A stretch of DNA of 33,362 bases, from assembly GCA_028696915.1 (NCBI GenBank), contig JAQVGB010000001.1:1-33362 (forward strand), read 5' to 3'. This document shows positions 1 to 9,398 of this stretch, in pieces; positions within the stretch are counted from its first letter, which is position 1; every line of letters begins with the position of its first letter. A program made the translations under genes and the position numbers. Below the pieces are notes generated by a model. That model was not told the origin of the DNA, made no database searches, and was given only the letters and a program-made list of their open reading frames with translations. This DNA comes from Candidatus Dojkabacteria bacterium. GTDB taxonomy: Bacteria; Patescibacteriota; Dojkabacteria; SC72; JAFGCJ01.

Positions 1-382
1 CGTAGAGTGCTACCATGTTTTCTCCCCCTATCGGCACACCGTATTCCAGAGAGTACGTATTATAGAAGTTGACAACCGGATTGATATTCGGAAGGTCCTT
101 GCCTGAAAGCACCCGCTTGGCAAGCGCGACATGCGACGGCAGGTAATCACCCGACTTCAATCCCGCCCGCTCAGTGATTCGTCGGTACTCATCCATCCAC
201 CGTGTGTAGCGCGATTCGGACAGCACGTTTCTTCCCCTTTGTCGCAGATCCGTGGAAACCGCGTGCATCCGCTCAAGGATACTCTTTCCCGGAATTTCAT
301 TGTTGACACCCGTCGCAACAACAACATACTCGATTGCTGACGGATGCGCTTCGATAAACTCGTCAGTACGCTTGAATTTCAT
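1..382 (-). CDS. B3/4 domain-containing protein (PheRS beta-subunit-related), 5' part; continues beyond window start
   Basis: Absent from the ORF track because it is truncated. Hand translation of the minus strand from ATG 382..380 stays open to position 1: MKFKRTDEFIEAHPSAIEYVVVATGVNNEIPGKSILERMHAVSTDLRQRGRNVLSESRYTRWMDEYRRITERAGLKSGDYLPSHVALAKRVLSGKDLPNINPVVNFYNTYSLEYGVPIGGENMVALY. The LPNINPVV-x-x-YN...Y-x-x-P-x-GGE block is what I recall from B3/4 (PF03483-like) proteins. Confidence 0.55.
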   Translation of the reverse strand, partial: MKFKRTDEFIEAHPSAIEYVVVATGVNNEIPGKSILERMHAVSTDLRQRGRNVLSESRYTRWMDEYRRITERAGLKSGDYLPSHVALAKRVLSGKDLPNINPVVNFYNTYSLEYGVPIGGENMVALY

Positions 383-389
383 ACCGCAC

Positions 390-418
390 ATTGTACTCAT
401 ACCGTGCAAAAAAGTCAC
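390..418 (-). promoter_or_regulatory. Putative promoter of the B3/4 gene (GTGACT-17-TACAAT), -10 box 7 nt from the ATG
   Basis: Minus strand reads GTGACT (418..413), a 17-nt spacer, TACAAT (395..390), then gtgcggt and ATG at 382. This implies a leaderless or near-leaderless mRNA. Confidence 0.4.
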
Positions 419-538
419 CTGACCACATCGGGTGTGCTACGGCCAGTCATCAGATTTTTATTAAAATGACCGTAGCCTTAACGAAAATTTCATGAGATCA
501 GGGTACCTGCAGATAACAGGCACTTCTCGTGGAAAATG

Positions 539-552
539 CTATACGTTAGCGG
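539..552 (+). promoter_or_regulatory. CTATACGTTAGCGG box (TG-extended -10-like) upstream of the giant ORF
   Basis: The sequence tgCTATACGTTAGCGG lies 56 nt upstream of ATG 609. An identical 14-mer recurs at 9378..9391. Confidence 0.45.
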
Positions 553-608
553 CACGAAGGGGTTTACACGACATCCGCCCCATGGTAGTCTGGTAGAAGA
601 CTGCCCAC

Positions 609-3600
609 ATGAAAAAGATCATCAAGCGAAAGACAAAAACTACGCGTAGCAGTTCTACACGAACGGCACTCTCTGCTATGTCCACGCTTAGGGCCCTCCT
701 TTCCCGGAACCTGCGACATATCTTCAAGAAACCGGTCTTGATCCTACCTTCGCGAGAGGCGCACTCCAGCCTTTTCAGGTATGCTTCACGAATACTTCTT
801 TTGCTCATCATTATTGTTTCCACCGTCATCGTCATTAAAAAAGTCAGCGCACTCGACGAAACGACTCATATCATTGGGGCGGGCGGGAACACTGAATTTG
901 CACAGGGAACCGGCAGTTCGGTCGTTGTGAGCGCAAGCGCCGTCACCCTCGACAAACGGGAAAACTGGCTCAGCCTCGACTGGAACTACAACCGGCAGTT
1001 GACCGTGTACAATCGATCGGACATCCCTGTCGGCGCCGGCTCGACCGTCCAGGTCACCGTCGATACCGCCAGCCTCGAATCGGTCAGAGACGACTGCTAC
1101 GACGTGAGAATTGTGCATCGCGCCGGGGACGGAACGCTGTCCGATATCCCCCGGAGCCTGTATCTCAAAGAAGGAAGCACCACCTGTAACGACTCCAGCA
1201 CAACAACGATCTCATTTCAGGCCGCCACCGCAATTGAACCCGGAGCCAGCGACAATTCCTACTATCTGTACTACGGCAATATCACGGCGGGAAACCCGGC
1301 CCACGGAGATAACGGATATGACATATTGAGAGCGGACGATTCGGTCGCGTCGGCATCACTTGTATGCGCGTTTAACGGCACGACAACCTGTTTGGACGGC
1401 GAGGTTCCCAGCACCCAGAGCGGACCGTTGCGCTACAGCGGCGGGAGGGGGGCGTTGGACTTCGGAAGTGCAAACGACAAAGTGACAATCCTCGATAGCG
1501 CAAGCAATATGGACATCACAACGGGCTCAGTCGAGATGTGGGTCAAGATCAATTCCTACTCTGGCTCCTACCCTCGAATTTTTTCAAAAGGAAGTTACGA
1601 GTTGGTTATGTATACCTTCGTCGGCGGAGAAGGAAAACTCGAGTGGAATACGCGCTACTCAGCAGCAAGTTCCTGCCAAGTAACCTCCGGGACCTTCAAA
1701 CTCGCACTCAATCAATGGTATCACGTAGCTCTGACATTTGACGGAACCACCTCCACAATCTTCGTCAATGGCGAGGTGAAGGGCCAGCGCTCCGACTGCT
1801 CCGGGGTCATCTACGACGTATCGACAAACTTCACCTTAGGAGATCAAGCCTCAGGCGGACGCAACGCAGACGTCGCCCTCGACGAATTTGCGGTATATAC
1901 AAGAGTCCTTGATCCGGCAGAAGTCCTTTCCCACGCCAGTTCAAATGCACCTCTCCCTATCGATAACAGCATGCGACTCCTTTACCACTTCGACGAGAAT
2001 GGAGATGATCCACGGGATGGCGATGCCAGTAATATGATTGTTCACGATGCGTCAGGATTAGGACATCACGGCACAGTGACTGGCGCAAAGTATATCGGAG
2101 GTCTCATCGGCATCGATTCGTCCACCTCCGACACCGGTATCACCGGCACACAATCATACGCCAGCCACCAGGGCATTTTCATTGAAGAAGGTACCACCAA
2201 TCTTGTCACCAATCCCTCCTTCGAACATGCGACGTTCGATACAAACTGGGGTCGGTTTTACAGCAACTACGACTCAGCAAATGACACATTCACACCATTA
2301 ATGGCGAAAAGGAATTCAGCGGGTCCGTTTGCCGCGGGGGTGATAAGCCAAGATGATTATGGAGACCTTGCAGAACTGGGTAACGACTCGCTTGTATACA
2401 CACATAGCACAACAATAAACGGAGACTTTGCCGAGAACGCAGATGATGACCAAGGAACACTTCTTTTCTGGTGGACCCCAGAATATTCATCAACCCAAAT
2501 GAATACAGGTTCTGCATATTTCTATCAAACCCGCTCGAGCTCCTATTTGAGCTATGACTGGGTGAATGACCGGTTCGTCATCGGAATCGGTGGTCCAACT
2601 TACAATTATTCTGTAAACGCAGGAGAGACATACCTCATTGCATTTCGATGGGACAAAGACTTAACACTCAACGGAACACACTATTCCAGCCTCACGGTTA
2701 ACACCGATCACTACTTCGTCGGGACTTCACCATTAGGAACGGCCTGGGAAGACGATTGGGGAAACACCACTCTTCTCGGCGGAGCGGATGGCGTCGTAGA
2801 AGGTTTGACCGTCTATCGAAGGCCTCTTTTCGATGGCACTAACGGCATTGATGTCGGCAATGGCGATGAACTCGAGCAGATCTGGAACGCCGGTGCGGGA
2901 AAAGATCCCACTCTTATCACCGGTAGCTGGGATGTCGTGTTGGCTTTGCCAACGAACGCCCTCCCGGGATCTATCACAACAGGAACCGGCAACGCCTGGA
3001 GCCATCCGCACGCAAGTAACCAGATCGGCCCCACGGCGGCGGGAGCCGGCCAGGGACGGTATGGATTCATGATGAACGGCAATCATCTTCAAGATGGATT
3101 CACCTGGACACACGAACCGGACTCACTCTCAGGACTTTCACTATGGCTTAAAGCGGACTCAATAACAGGTGTTGCCGATGGAGGTACAATCAACTCATGG
3201 AACGACAGCAGTGGGAATGATAACCACGCAGTACAAGCATCCGTCGGTCTCCGAGCCACCTATAGAACAAATGTGTTAAACGGGAACCCGGTTGTGCGGT
3301 TTGACGGGCTTGATGACTACTTCAGCCTGACAAACAGGATCACAGACGCACAAACGATATTCGTCGTGCATAAATGGGTACTCGACGAAGTTGAATACCG
3401 CCCGATCCTGGGAGATGACACCGTTGCTCATTTTCACGGATCGGGTTCTGGATGCGGTACACCAACAACCCGTTTGTTCGGATGCATGCCACTCGTAGCG
3501 ACCGGAGGTGGATGGATCAATGGAATCGCTGCGGCCCCGTGGCCGATGAATAAGCAGACGGAATTTGCAATCCTCACACTCCGTCCTGACTCTCCCGTAA

Positions 3601-6600
3601 CTATAGGAACCGTTTCCAGAGATCGATTTAATCCTCGCCTTTTCTATGGAGATATTGCTGAAGTCATTGCCTTTAACAGAGCCCTTTCCGATACTGAACG
3701 ACAGCGCGTGGAGCGATATCTCAGCCAGAAGTACCAAATTTCATACAATGGAGGCGATCCAATCCTGACCGCAATGGCCTCCGATCAAAAAATCTTCGCG
3801 GGGGGCTACTCGTGGTCAACCGAAGAATCTGGCGACGGAATCAAACGAACGCTCACAGGCCTTTCCGCAGGTCAGAACTACGTTGTCCGAGCACTCGCAC
3901 ATTCTGACGGGGGAAGTGTTCCTCAGGTCCAGATCTGGGATGCCACCAATGGACATGAAATCACACACCTCGACGGTACTGCAGCTTCAACGCGTACAAA
4001 TCCCAATACGCTACTCTTCACCTTCGAACTTCCCACCGTCGCTCGCTACAACCCCGTCGACGACGACCTTAGTTACGACTGGGTTGACGCAGATTGCACA
4101 GCAATCGAGGTGCGGCTTGTGAATACACAGGCATCAGGCACGATCTACTGGCATCAGATAGAGTTGCTGGTGAACAAGCTCGATAACCCCTCATTTGAGA
4201 TCGGAAGCGGAGATGCGTGGATTCCTGCTGGCTGGAATAGCGGAGACCTCGATCCATCAGACACACAACAGGAAAACGGAACAATCCGTACAGGAAACCA
4301 ATCTATGCAGTTTAATTCCGGGATTTCTCAAAATGAGTGGTTCTACCCGACACTCGCCTTGGCAGCAAACAAGTACCATGCATTTGGCGGATGGAGCCGT
4401 GGTGATGGCAACGGCGGTTTCTTCTGGTGGGGCACAAACAATTCAAACTACTACTGGCAGGCACTATCAGGAAATCCTGCAACAAGTCATGACGCTTTGT
4501 GGTCACATACTCCCGGAGTTTTTCGAACGACCGGATCACCAGACTCGAACCGTCCAGCCATCGGCGTTGACGACATAACAGGAGAGGCCTTTCTCGACGA
4601 TCTCTACTCCTTCGAGCTCACCGACGTTTCCCTCTCAATCACCCCCGCATCCGAAGCAAACAGCCTCGAATCGACAGGCCTTCGCATCGACGGCCGCGAT
4701 TCCCTCTCACAAGTCATCACCAGCTTACAGGCCGATCTCGGAAGTATCAAATTCAGATATACCCCCCGGCATTCAGCTGACATAGTAACAAACTTTGGAG
4801 TATCCCGGCCGCATATCGTGATGCTGGCAAACGGCTCGTTCGATTCACGAAATCACAACGGATCAAGCAACGCCGCAACACTCCGCGACTCTACTCGCGC
4901 CTGGGTGAATAACCAGTGGGTCGGCTACACCGTGTACAACAGGACCGATGGTTCAACCGGTACAGTGACCGCCAATAACGCGACCACGGTTACCGCAGTT
5001 CTCGCCGGAGGAGCCGAAAACGACTGGGACAGCAACGACCTCTACGAAATTCTCCCCACAGCCTATATCCGTTTATTCTGGAACGCGAATAATAGCATCA
5101 CGCTCGGTTTCAACGATGGTGGCGGTGAGCATCAGGACACCTGGGACGCAACGGACGCAATCGTTGCAGGAACAACCTACGATCTGGAAGTGTCATATAC
5201 CGGCTTGGCGATGAATTTCAAAATTAACGGAACAACACAGAAATCTGTGGCAACTAGCATTAACTTCACTTCATTGCCAACGACCGCGTATTTCGGTTCT
5301 ACGTCAGGAGGATCCCAACAGAACGACTGCACAATCAGCAATTTCATATCAGCAGATCCGTCCGCCAATACAACCGGTCCGTACTATAAGTTTGGAGGAA
5401 AATCGCTCAAACTGACCCACGCGGGAACTATCGCCGACGAATACGCGACACTGATCGATCCGGACTCGACAGATACACATACCCTCTCGGTATATGTGTA
5501 TGACACAACAGAAGGAAATATAGCAGGCACTGTTGACGCAACGGTCGCTACACTTGTTTTCGGCGGGGAACTCGTCATACCGGCAAGCTATACCGATATG
5601 GGGGGCGGCTGGTGGCGGCTCACCTACCCGGCCGCTACGGTCGACGCGGCACAATTGTATGGCATACAGGTACAGGCAGGAAAATCCATCTATGTGGACG
5701 GTGTACAGCTTGAGGCAAAGGCCTACGCGACGACCTACGCGGATGGGAGTCTCGATGGTGACGCCGTGAACTACGCGTGGACCGGTACGGCAAATGAGAG
5801 CAGGAGCACAAGAGATACCAGTGAGATCGTTCATCCCGCGACAAATAATGCAAACATTAGCGAAGGAACCTTAAGTTTTTGGGTTAGACCGGTAGGCTGG
5901 GACTGGTCTGAGAACTTAACCTATTATCGCGCTATTTTTCGTTGGGGAATCCAATGGGCATGGCAACCGGGAATAGGTATTTCGGCTCACAATAATACTC
6001 TCTACCTCTATTCTATGTGTGATGGCTGTGGCTGGAATGTCACATCAAGACCAATTAGCGGCCAGGGATGGGCTCACGTTGTCGTTTCATGGAGTGTTCC
6101 GGAATCAACCATTTCCATGACCGTTAATAACAACCGCGTGGAGGATAACTTCGGAACCACCTCCATAACAGACGATTTCCTGCGATTTGGAAAAGCAACA
6201 CTCAATGCCAACTCATTTAGAAACCACGGCAATTCTATTTACTCCGACATCAAGATCTACAACAAATCCCTCACCCAAGACGAAATCGCCTCCCTCTACT
6301 ACCAGGGCCTCGCTACCCACGCGCAGTCCGAGACCAGTAACGACAAGTACGCCGAAACCGGTTCCTGGACCAGCCCGACCATCGATCTGGGGGCGGCTGG
6401 CCTCTGGGGAGAAACTCCCAATCTCAACGTCACCGAGACCCTGAACGGAAACACCATCACCTATGAAACCCGCACATCGGAAGATGGAGAAACATGGTCC
6501 GACTACATGGTCGCTACCGGCACCACCCCAAATCTCGACATCCAGAGCGACCCCAACCGCTACCTGCAAATCAAAACAACACTCGACTCAACCGCGACAT

Positions 6601-9287
6601 CGCAGACCACCACCCCGACATTTTCGGGACTATCGTTCAACTACGTTGAAGACATCATCGCACCGGACCTGAATGCATCTGACATTCATATGTATACCGC
6701 ACTTGACGGCGTGCCTGTTTCCGAGGAATCGTGGACACCAGCAACCTCCCCCTACTTCACCTGGGAGGACGGACACGACGCACCTAACGGCTCAGGGCTC
6801 CGCGGGTACTGTGCCTATCTCGGCACCTCACCGCTCGGAGACCCGAAGACCGCAAAAGGCATTCTTGGCACAACGCCCGTTTCCACCGCCAATACCACGT
6901 GTCAATTCATCATTGCAGAGAATTTCATCAACCTCTCACAGGAGCTCCTCAAAGGCAACCCGTGGCTCACCTCGAGCACCTTACCCTACTACTTCAGGCT
7001 GAAAGCCGTCGACAACACCGGAAACGTCCACGAGGGCGCATCCGCAGAATTCATGTTCTATTTTGACGATACACCACCCTCAAATCCTCGCGGACTATCC
7101 GCCCCGCAGGAATACCAGCGCGAACTCGAAGCAATCACGATCTACTGGTCGAACACTGGCGACACCGCCGCCACCGACGAGCACTCGCAGGTAAAAGGCT
7201 TCCAATACCGTATCGAGGACGGCACGTGGTACGGCTCCGGACACACAGGATCTGAAGATTGCACAGACTTATTTATTCCCGAAATCGGGCAAACCAGCCT
7301 GTCCTACACCCTCAATGCCGACTACGACGAGCTCGGTGTGGGAGAAAACGTGTTTTACCTGCGCACGTGGGACAACGCCTGTAACGCCAGTCATACCTAT
7401 GCAACAGCCATCATTAAATACAGCGCCGATGCCCCCTCTGCCCCGCAAAACCTCCGCGTCTCTCCGGAACAGAGCGAAACAAACGAATTTGCCTTCTTCT
7501 GGGATCCACCGGAATCGTTCTCCGGCCAGGAGTCAGCACTTCGCTACTGCTATACCGTCAACGCAACACCGTCAATTAACCGATGTCTCTGGATTGCCGA
7601 CACATCCCTTGCCGCCGACGCATATGCCAATCAGCCGGGCGAGAATATCTTCTATCTGGTCGCAAAAGACGAAGCCGGCAACGTCAACTATCTCGATTAT
7701 GCATCGGTGAAATTCACCGCTGACACCGCCGCACCCGGAATCCCAACCGGAATCGATATTTCGGACATCTCGATAAAGGCAACACAAAGCTGGAAACTTG
7801 CAGTCACCTGGGACGATCCGGAAGATACGGGAGCAGGTGTAGCATCATACGCAGTCTATCGGACAATTGACGATGTGAATTGTGTGACTGACCCATCTGC
7901 CTACGATCTCGTCGGTGGCACCGCAGGGACCTCGTTTGTCGATGCAAGCCTCGAACCACAGACATACTATTATTGTGTCAAAGCATGCGACAGTACCAAC
8001 AACTGCTCTGCATTTTCTGAGCGCGTTTCGGACATTCCCACCGGAAGATTTAGAGAACCCGCAGAGCTTGTTTCCGGCCCCGAGGTCACTAATATTTCAA
8101 CCCGCTCCGCAAAAGTCAGCTGGGTCACCGCACGTGACTCGGATTCCAACGTCGAATTCGGCTTGGCAGAAGGAGAATACTTTGAGGAAGAGGTCGCCAA
8201 TTCTGACCAGGTCGTCATTCATACTGTGACCCTCAACAACCTCTCCCCTGCAACCACGTACTTCTTCCGCGCGAAGTGGACCGATGTCGACGGCAACACT
8301 GGAGTCAGCAACGAGCACTCGTTTACCACCGCACCACCACCAGCCCTGAAAAATGTCGCCTCAACGCACGTAGGGATCACCTCCGCAATGGTAGAATTCA
8401 CGACAATTGGGGCCACCCGTGCCACCATTTACTATGGCCCTTCGGGCAGTTTCACGACCCTGCGCGAAGTCAATACCTCCCCGGAAGAATCATCCTATAC
8501 CGCAATCCTGCCCGGGCTCAACGAGGGAACCACCTACACCTACCGCATCAACCTCTTCGATGCAGAAAACCAGGAATACGAAGGAGAAATTCACACATTC
8601 ACGACACTTCCGCGGCCTCGCGTCATCAATGTGACAATTCAGGAAGTCAGAAATACCGCGCAACCATCGATCGATGTCACCTGGCAGTCCAACACGTCCG
8701 TATCGTCCATAATCAGCTTCTATCCTGTTTCACGGCCTGATGAAGCCCGTGAACAGGTGGACCTGGAACCGGTAAGCGGCGAGCATACCATGCGCATCAC
8801 CGGCCTTCTGCCGGAAACAGCCTACGCCCTCGTCGTGCGGGGAATCGACGCTCTCGGGAACGAGGCAGTTTCGGACGAGCATACCTTCACCACATCGACC
8901 GATACCAGACCGCCGAAAATCTTCAACATCACGACCAAGGGCGGCATTGTTTCGCCCGAAGTCCAGAGCAACCGCGACCAAAGCGCACAACTCATCATTT
9001 CCTGGGAAACCGATGAGGCCGCAACCAGCCAGGTCCTGTTCGGGGAAGGCTCCACCGCAACCTATACACAAAAGAGCCAGAAGATCGACGATCTGACCTA
9101 CAACCACATTGTCGTAATCACAAACCTGCGCCCTTCAAGCGTCTACCACATCAAGATCGAGTCGATCGACACCGCAGGTAACACAAGTGAATCCGCAAAA
9201 ATCGTCGCAATAACACCAAAAACGACCAATAGTGTCCTGAACGTCATATTTGGAAGCCTGGTCGACATATTCGGTTTCTTGCAATGA
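609..9287 (+). CDS. Giant (2892 aa) membrane-anchored surface protein with DUF2341-like, multiple LamG/concanavalin-like, CBM4/9-like and Fn3-like repeat domains
   Basis: Single uninterrupted ORF. A basic N-terminus is followed by one hydrophobic helix (RILLLLIIIVSTVIVI, aa 61-77). Residues ~118-226 (WNYNRQLTVYN...SYYLYYGN) resemble DUF2341. LamG-type module ends are LDEFAVYTRVLDPAEV (~nt 1870-1930), GDIAEVIAFNRALSDTERQRVERYLSQKY (~nt 3650-3735) and YSDIKIYNKSLTQDEIASLY (~nt 6240-6300). Two segments start with NPSFE, as CBM4/9-like domains do. The C-terminal third is Fn3-like and includes four consecutive ~90-aa repeats at ~nt 8080-9215: the first three end in H(S/T)FTT and the fourth ends at DTAGNTSES. 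The extreme C-terminus is short and hydrophobic (VLNVIFGSLVDIFGFLQ). Confidence 0.85.
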   Translation: MKKIIKRKTKTTRSSSTRTALSAMSTLRALLSRNLRHIFKKPVLILPSREAHSSLFRYASRILLLLIIIVSTVIVIKKVSALDETTHIIGAGGNTEFAQGTGSSVVVSASAVTLDKRENWLSLDWNYNRQLTVYNRSDIPVGAGSTVQVTVDTASLESVRDDCYDVRIVHRAGDGTLSDIPRSLYLKEGSTTCNDSSTTTISFQAATAIEPGASDNSYYLYYGNITAGNPAHGDNGYDILRADDSVASASLVCAFNGTTTCLDGEVPSTQSGPLRYSGGRGALDFGSANDKVTILDSASNMDITTGSVEMWVKINSYSGSYPRIFSKGSYELVMYTFVGGEGKLEWNTRYSAASSCQVTSGTFKLALNQWYHVALTFDGTTSTIFVNGEVKGQRSDCSGVIYDVSTNFTLGDQASGGRNADVALDEFAVYTRVLDPAEVLSHASSNAPLPIDNSMRLLYHFDENGDDPRDGDASNMIVHDASGLGHHGTVTGAKYIGGLIGIDSSTSDTGITGTQSYASHQGIFIEEGTTNLVTNPSFEHATFDTNWGRFYSNYDSANDTFTPLMAKRNSAGPFAAGVISQDDYGDLAELGNDSLVYTHSTTINGDFAENADDDQGTLLFWWTPEYSSTQMNTGSAYFYQTRSSSYLSYDWVNDRFVIGIGGPTYNYSVNAGETYLIAFRWDKDLTLNGTHYSSLTVNTDHYFVGTSPLGTAWEDDWGNTTLLGGADGVVEGLTVYRRPLFDGTNGIDVGNGDELEQIWNAGAGKDPTLITGSWDVVLALPTNALPGSITTGTGNAWSHPHASNQIGPTAAGAGQGRYGFMMNGNHLQDGFTWTHEPDSLSGLSLWLKADSITGVADGGTINSWNDSSGNDNHAVQASVGLRATYRTNVLNGNPVVRFDGLDDYFSLTNRITDAQTIFVVHKWVLDEVEYRPILGDDTVAHFHGSGSGCGTPTTRLFGCMPLVATGGGWINGIAAAPWPMNKQTEFAILTLRPDSPVTIGTVSRDRFNPRLFYGDIAEVIAFNRALSDTERQRVERYLSQKYQISYNGGDPILTAMASDQKIFAGGYSWSTEESGDGIKRTLTGLSAGQNYVVRALAHSDGGSVPQVQIWDATNGHEITHLDGTAASTRTNPNTLLFTFELPTVARYNPVDDDLSYDWVDADCTAIEVRLVNTQASGTIYWHQIELLVNKLDNPSFEIGSGDAWIPAGWNSGDLDPSDTQQENGTIRTGNQSMQFNSGISQNEWFYPTLALAANKYHAFGGWSRGDGNGGFFWWGTNNSNYYWQALSGNPATSHDALWSHTPGVFRTTGSPDSNRPAIGVDDITGEAFLDDLYSFELTDVSLSITPASEANSLESTGLRIDGRDSLSQVITSLQADLGSIKFRYTPRHSADIVTNFGVSRPHIVMLANGSFDSRNHNGSSNAATLRDSTRAWVNNQWVGYTVYNRTDGSTGTVTANNATTVTAVLAGGAENDWDSNDLYEILPTAYIRLFWNANNSITLGFNDGGGEHQDTWDATDAIVAGTTYDLEVSYTGLAMNFKINGTTQKSVATSINFTSLPTTAYFGSTSGGSQQNDCTISNFISADPSANTTGPYYKFGGKSLKLTHAGTIADEYATLIDPDSTDTHTLSVYVYDTTEGNIAGTVDATVATLVFGGELVIPASYTDMGGGWWRLTYPAATVDAAQLYGIQVQAGKSIYVDGVQLEAKAYATTYADGSLDGDAVNYAWTGTANESRSTRDTSEIVHPATNNANISEGTLSFWVRPVGWDWSENLTYYRAIFRWGIQWAWQPGIGISAHNNTLYLYSMCDGCGWNVTSRPISGQGWAHVVVSWSVPESTISMTVNNNRVEDNFGTTSITDDFLRFGKATLNANSFRNHGNSIYSDIKIYNKSLTQDEIASLYYQGLATHAQSETSNDKYAETGSWTSPTIDLGAAGLWGETPNLNVTETLNGNTITYETRTSEDGETWSDYMVATGTTPNLDIQSDPNRYLQIKTTLDSTATSQTTTPTFSGLSFNYVEDIIAPDLNASDIHMYTALDGVPVSEESWTPATSPYFTWEDGHDAPNGSGLRGYCAYLGTSPLGDPKTAKGILGTTPVSTANTTCQFIIAENFINLSQELLKGNPWLTSSTLPYYFRLKAVDNTGNVHEGASAEFMFYFDDTPPSNPRGLSAPQEYQRELEAITIYWSNTGDTAATDEHSQVKGFQYRIEDGTWYGSGHTGSEDCTDLFIPEIGQTSLSYTLNADYDELGVGENVFYLRTWDNACNASHTYATAIIKYSADAPSAPQNLRVSPEQSETNEFAFFWDPPESFSGQESALRYCYTVNATPSINRCLWIADTSLAADAYANQPGENIFYLVAKDEAGNVNYLDYASVKFTADTAAPGIPTGIDISDISIKATQSWKLAVTWDDPEDTGAGVASYAVYRTIDDVNCVTDPSAYDLVGGTAGTSFVDASLEPQTYYYCVKACDSTNNCSAFSERVSDIPTGRFREPAELVSGPEVTNISTRSAKVSWVTARDSDSNVEFGLAEGEYFEEEVANSDQVVIHTVTLNNLSPATTYFFRAKWTDVDGNTGVSNEHSFTTAPPPALKNVASTHVGITSAMVEFTTIGATRATIYYGPSGSFTTLREVNTSPEESSYTAILPGLNEGTTYTYRINLFDAENQEYEGEIHTFTTLPRPRVINVTIQEVRNTAQPSIDVTWQSNTSVSSIISFYPVSRPDEAREQVDLEPVSGEHTMRITGLLPETAYALVVRGIDALGNEAVSDEHTFTTSTDTRPPKIFNITTKGGIVSPEVQSNRDQSAQLIISWETDEAATSQVLFGEGSTATYTQKSQKIDDLTYNHIVVITNLRPSSVYHIKIESIDTAGNTSESAKIVAITPKTTNSVLNVIFGSLVDIFGFLQ

Positions 9288-9377
9288 GAACGGGATACCC
9301 ATATATTCCGGAGGTACCGGTCAATACAGGAAGAATCTGTAACTCTGACCGGCCACCGGTTCTACCGACAACAATTA

Positions 9378-9391
9378 CTATACGTTAGCGG
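9378..9391 (+). promoter_or_regulatory. Second copy of the CTATACGTTAGCGG box, 7 nt upstream of the ABC gene ATG
   Basis: The sequence ttaCTATACGTTAGCGGggttaggATG is a 14/14 match to 539..552. Confidence 0.45.
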
Positions 9392-9398
9392 GGTTAGG

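Noticed and set aside
436-476. Imperfect inverted repeat GCTACGG(cca)GTCAT ... ATGACCGTAGC between the divergent B3/4 and giant genes.
   Set aside because: It could be an operator, but it has a 3-nt bulge and a 15-nt AT loop, is present as a single copy and has no U-tract. The evidence is insufficient to call a feature.
539-9107. Dozens of 60-160-aa ORFs in other frames or on the other strand inside the giant gene. The same situation applies inside leuS, the paralogs and comEC.
   Set aside because: All are nested in long, motif-rich ORFs. Their translations are Arg/Pro/Ser-rich, as is typical of off-frame reading. No independent signals were seen.
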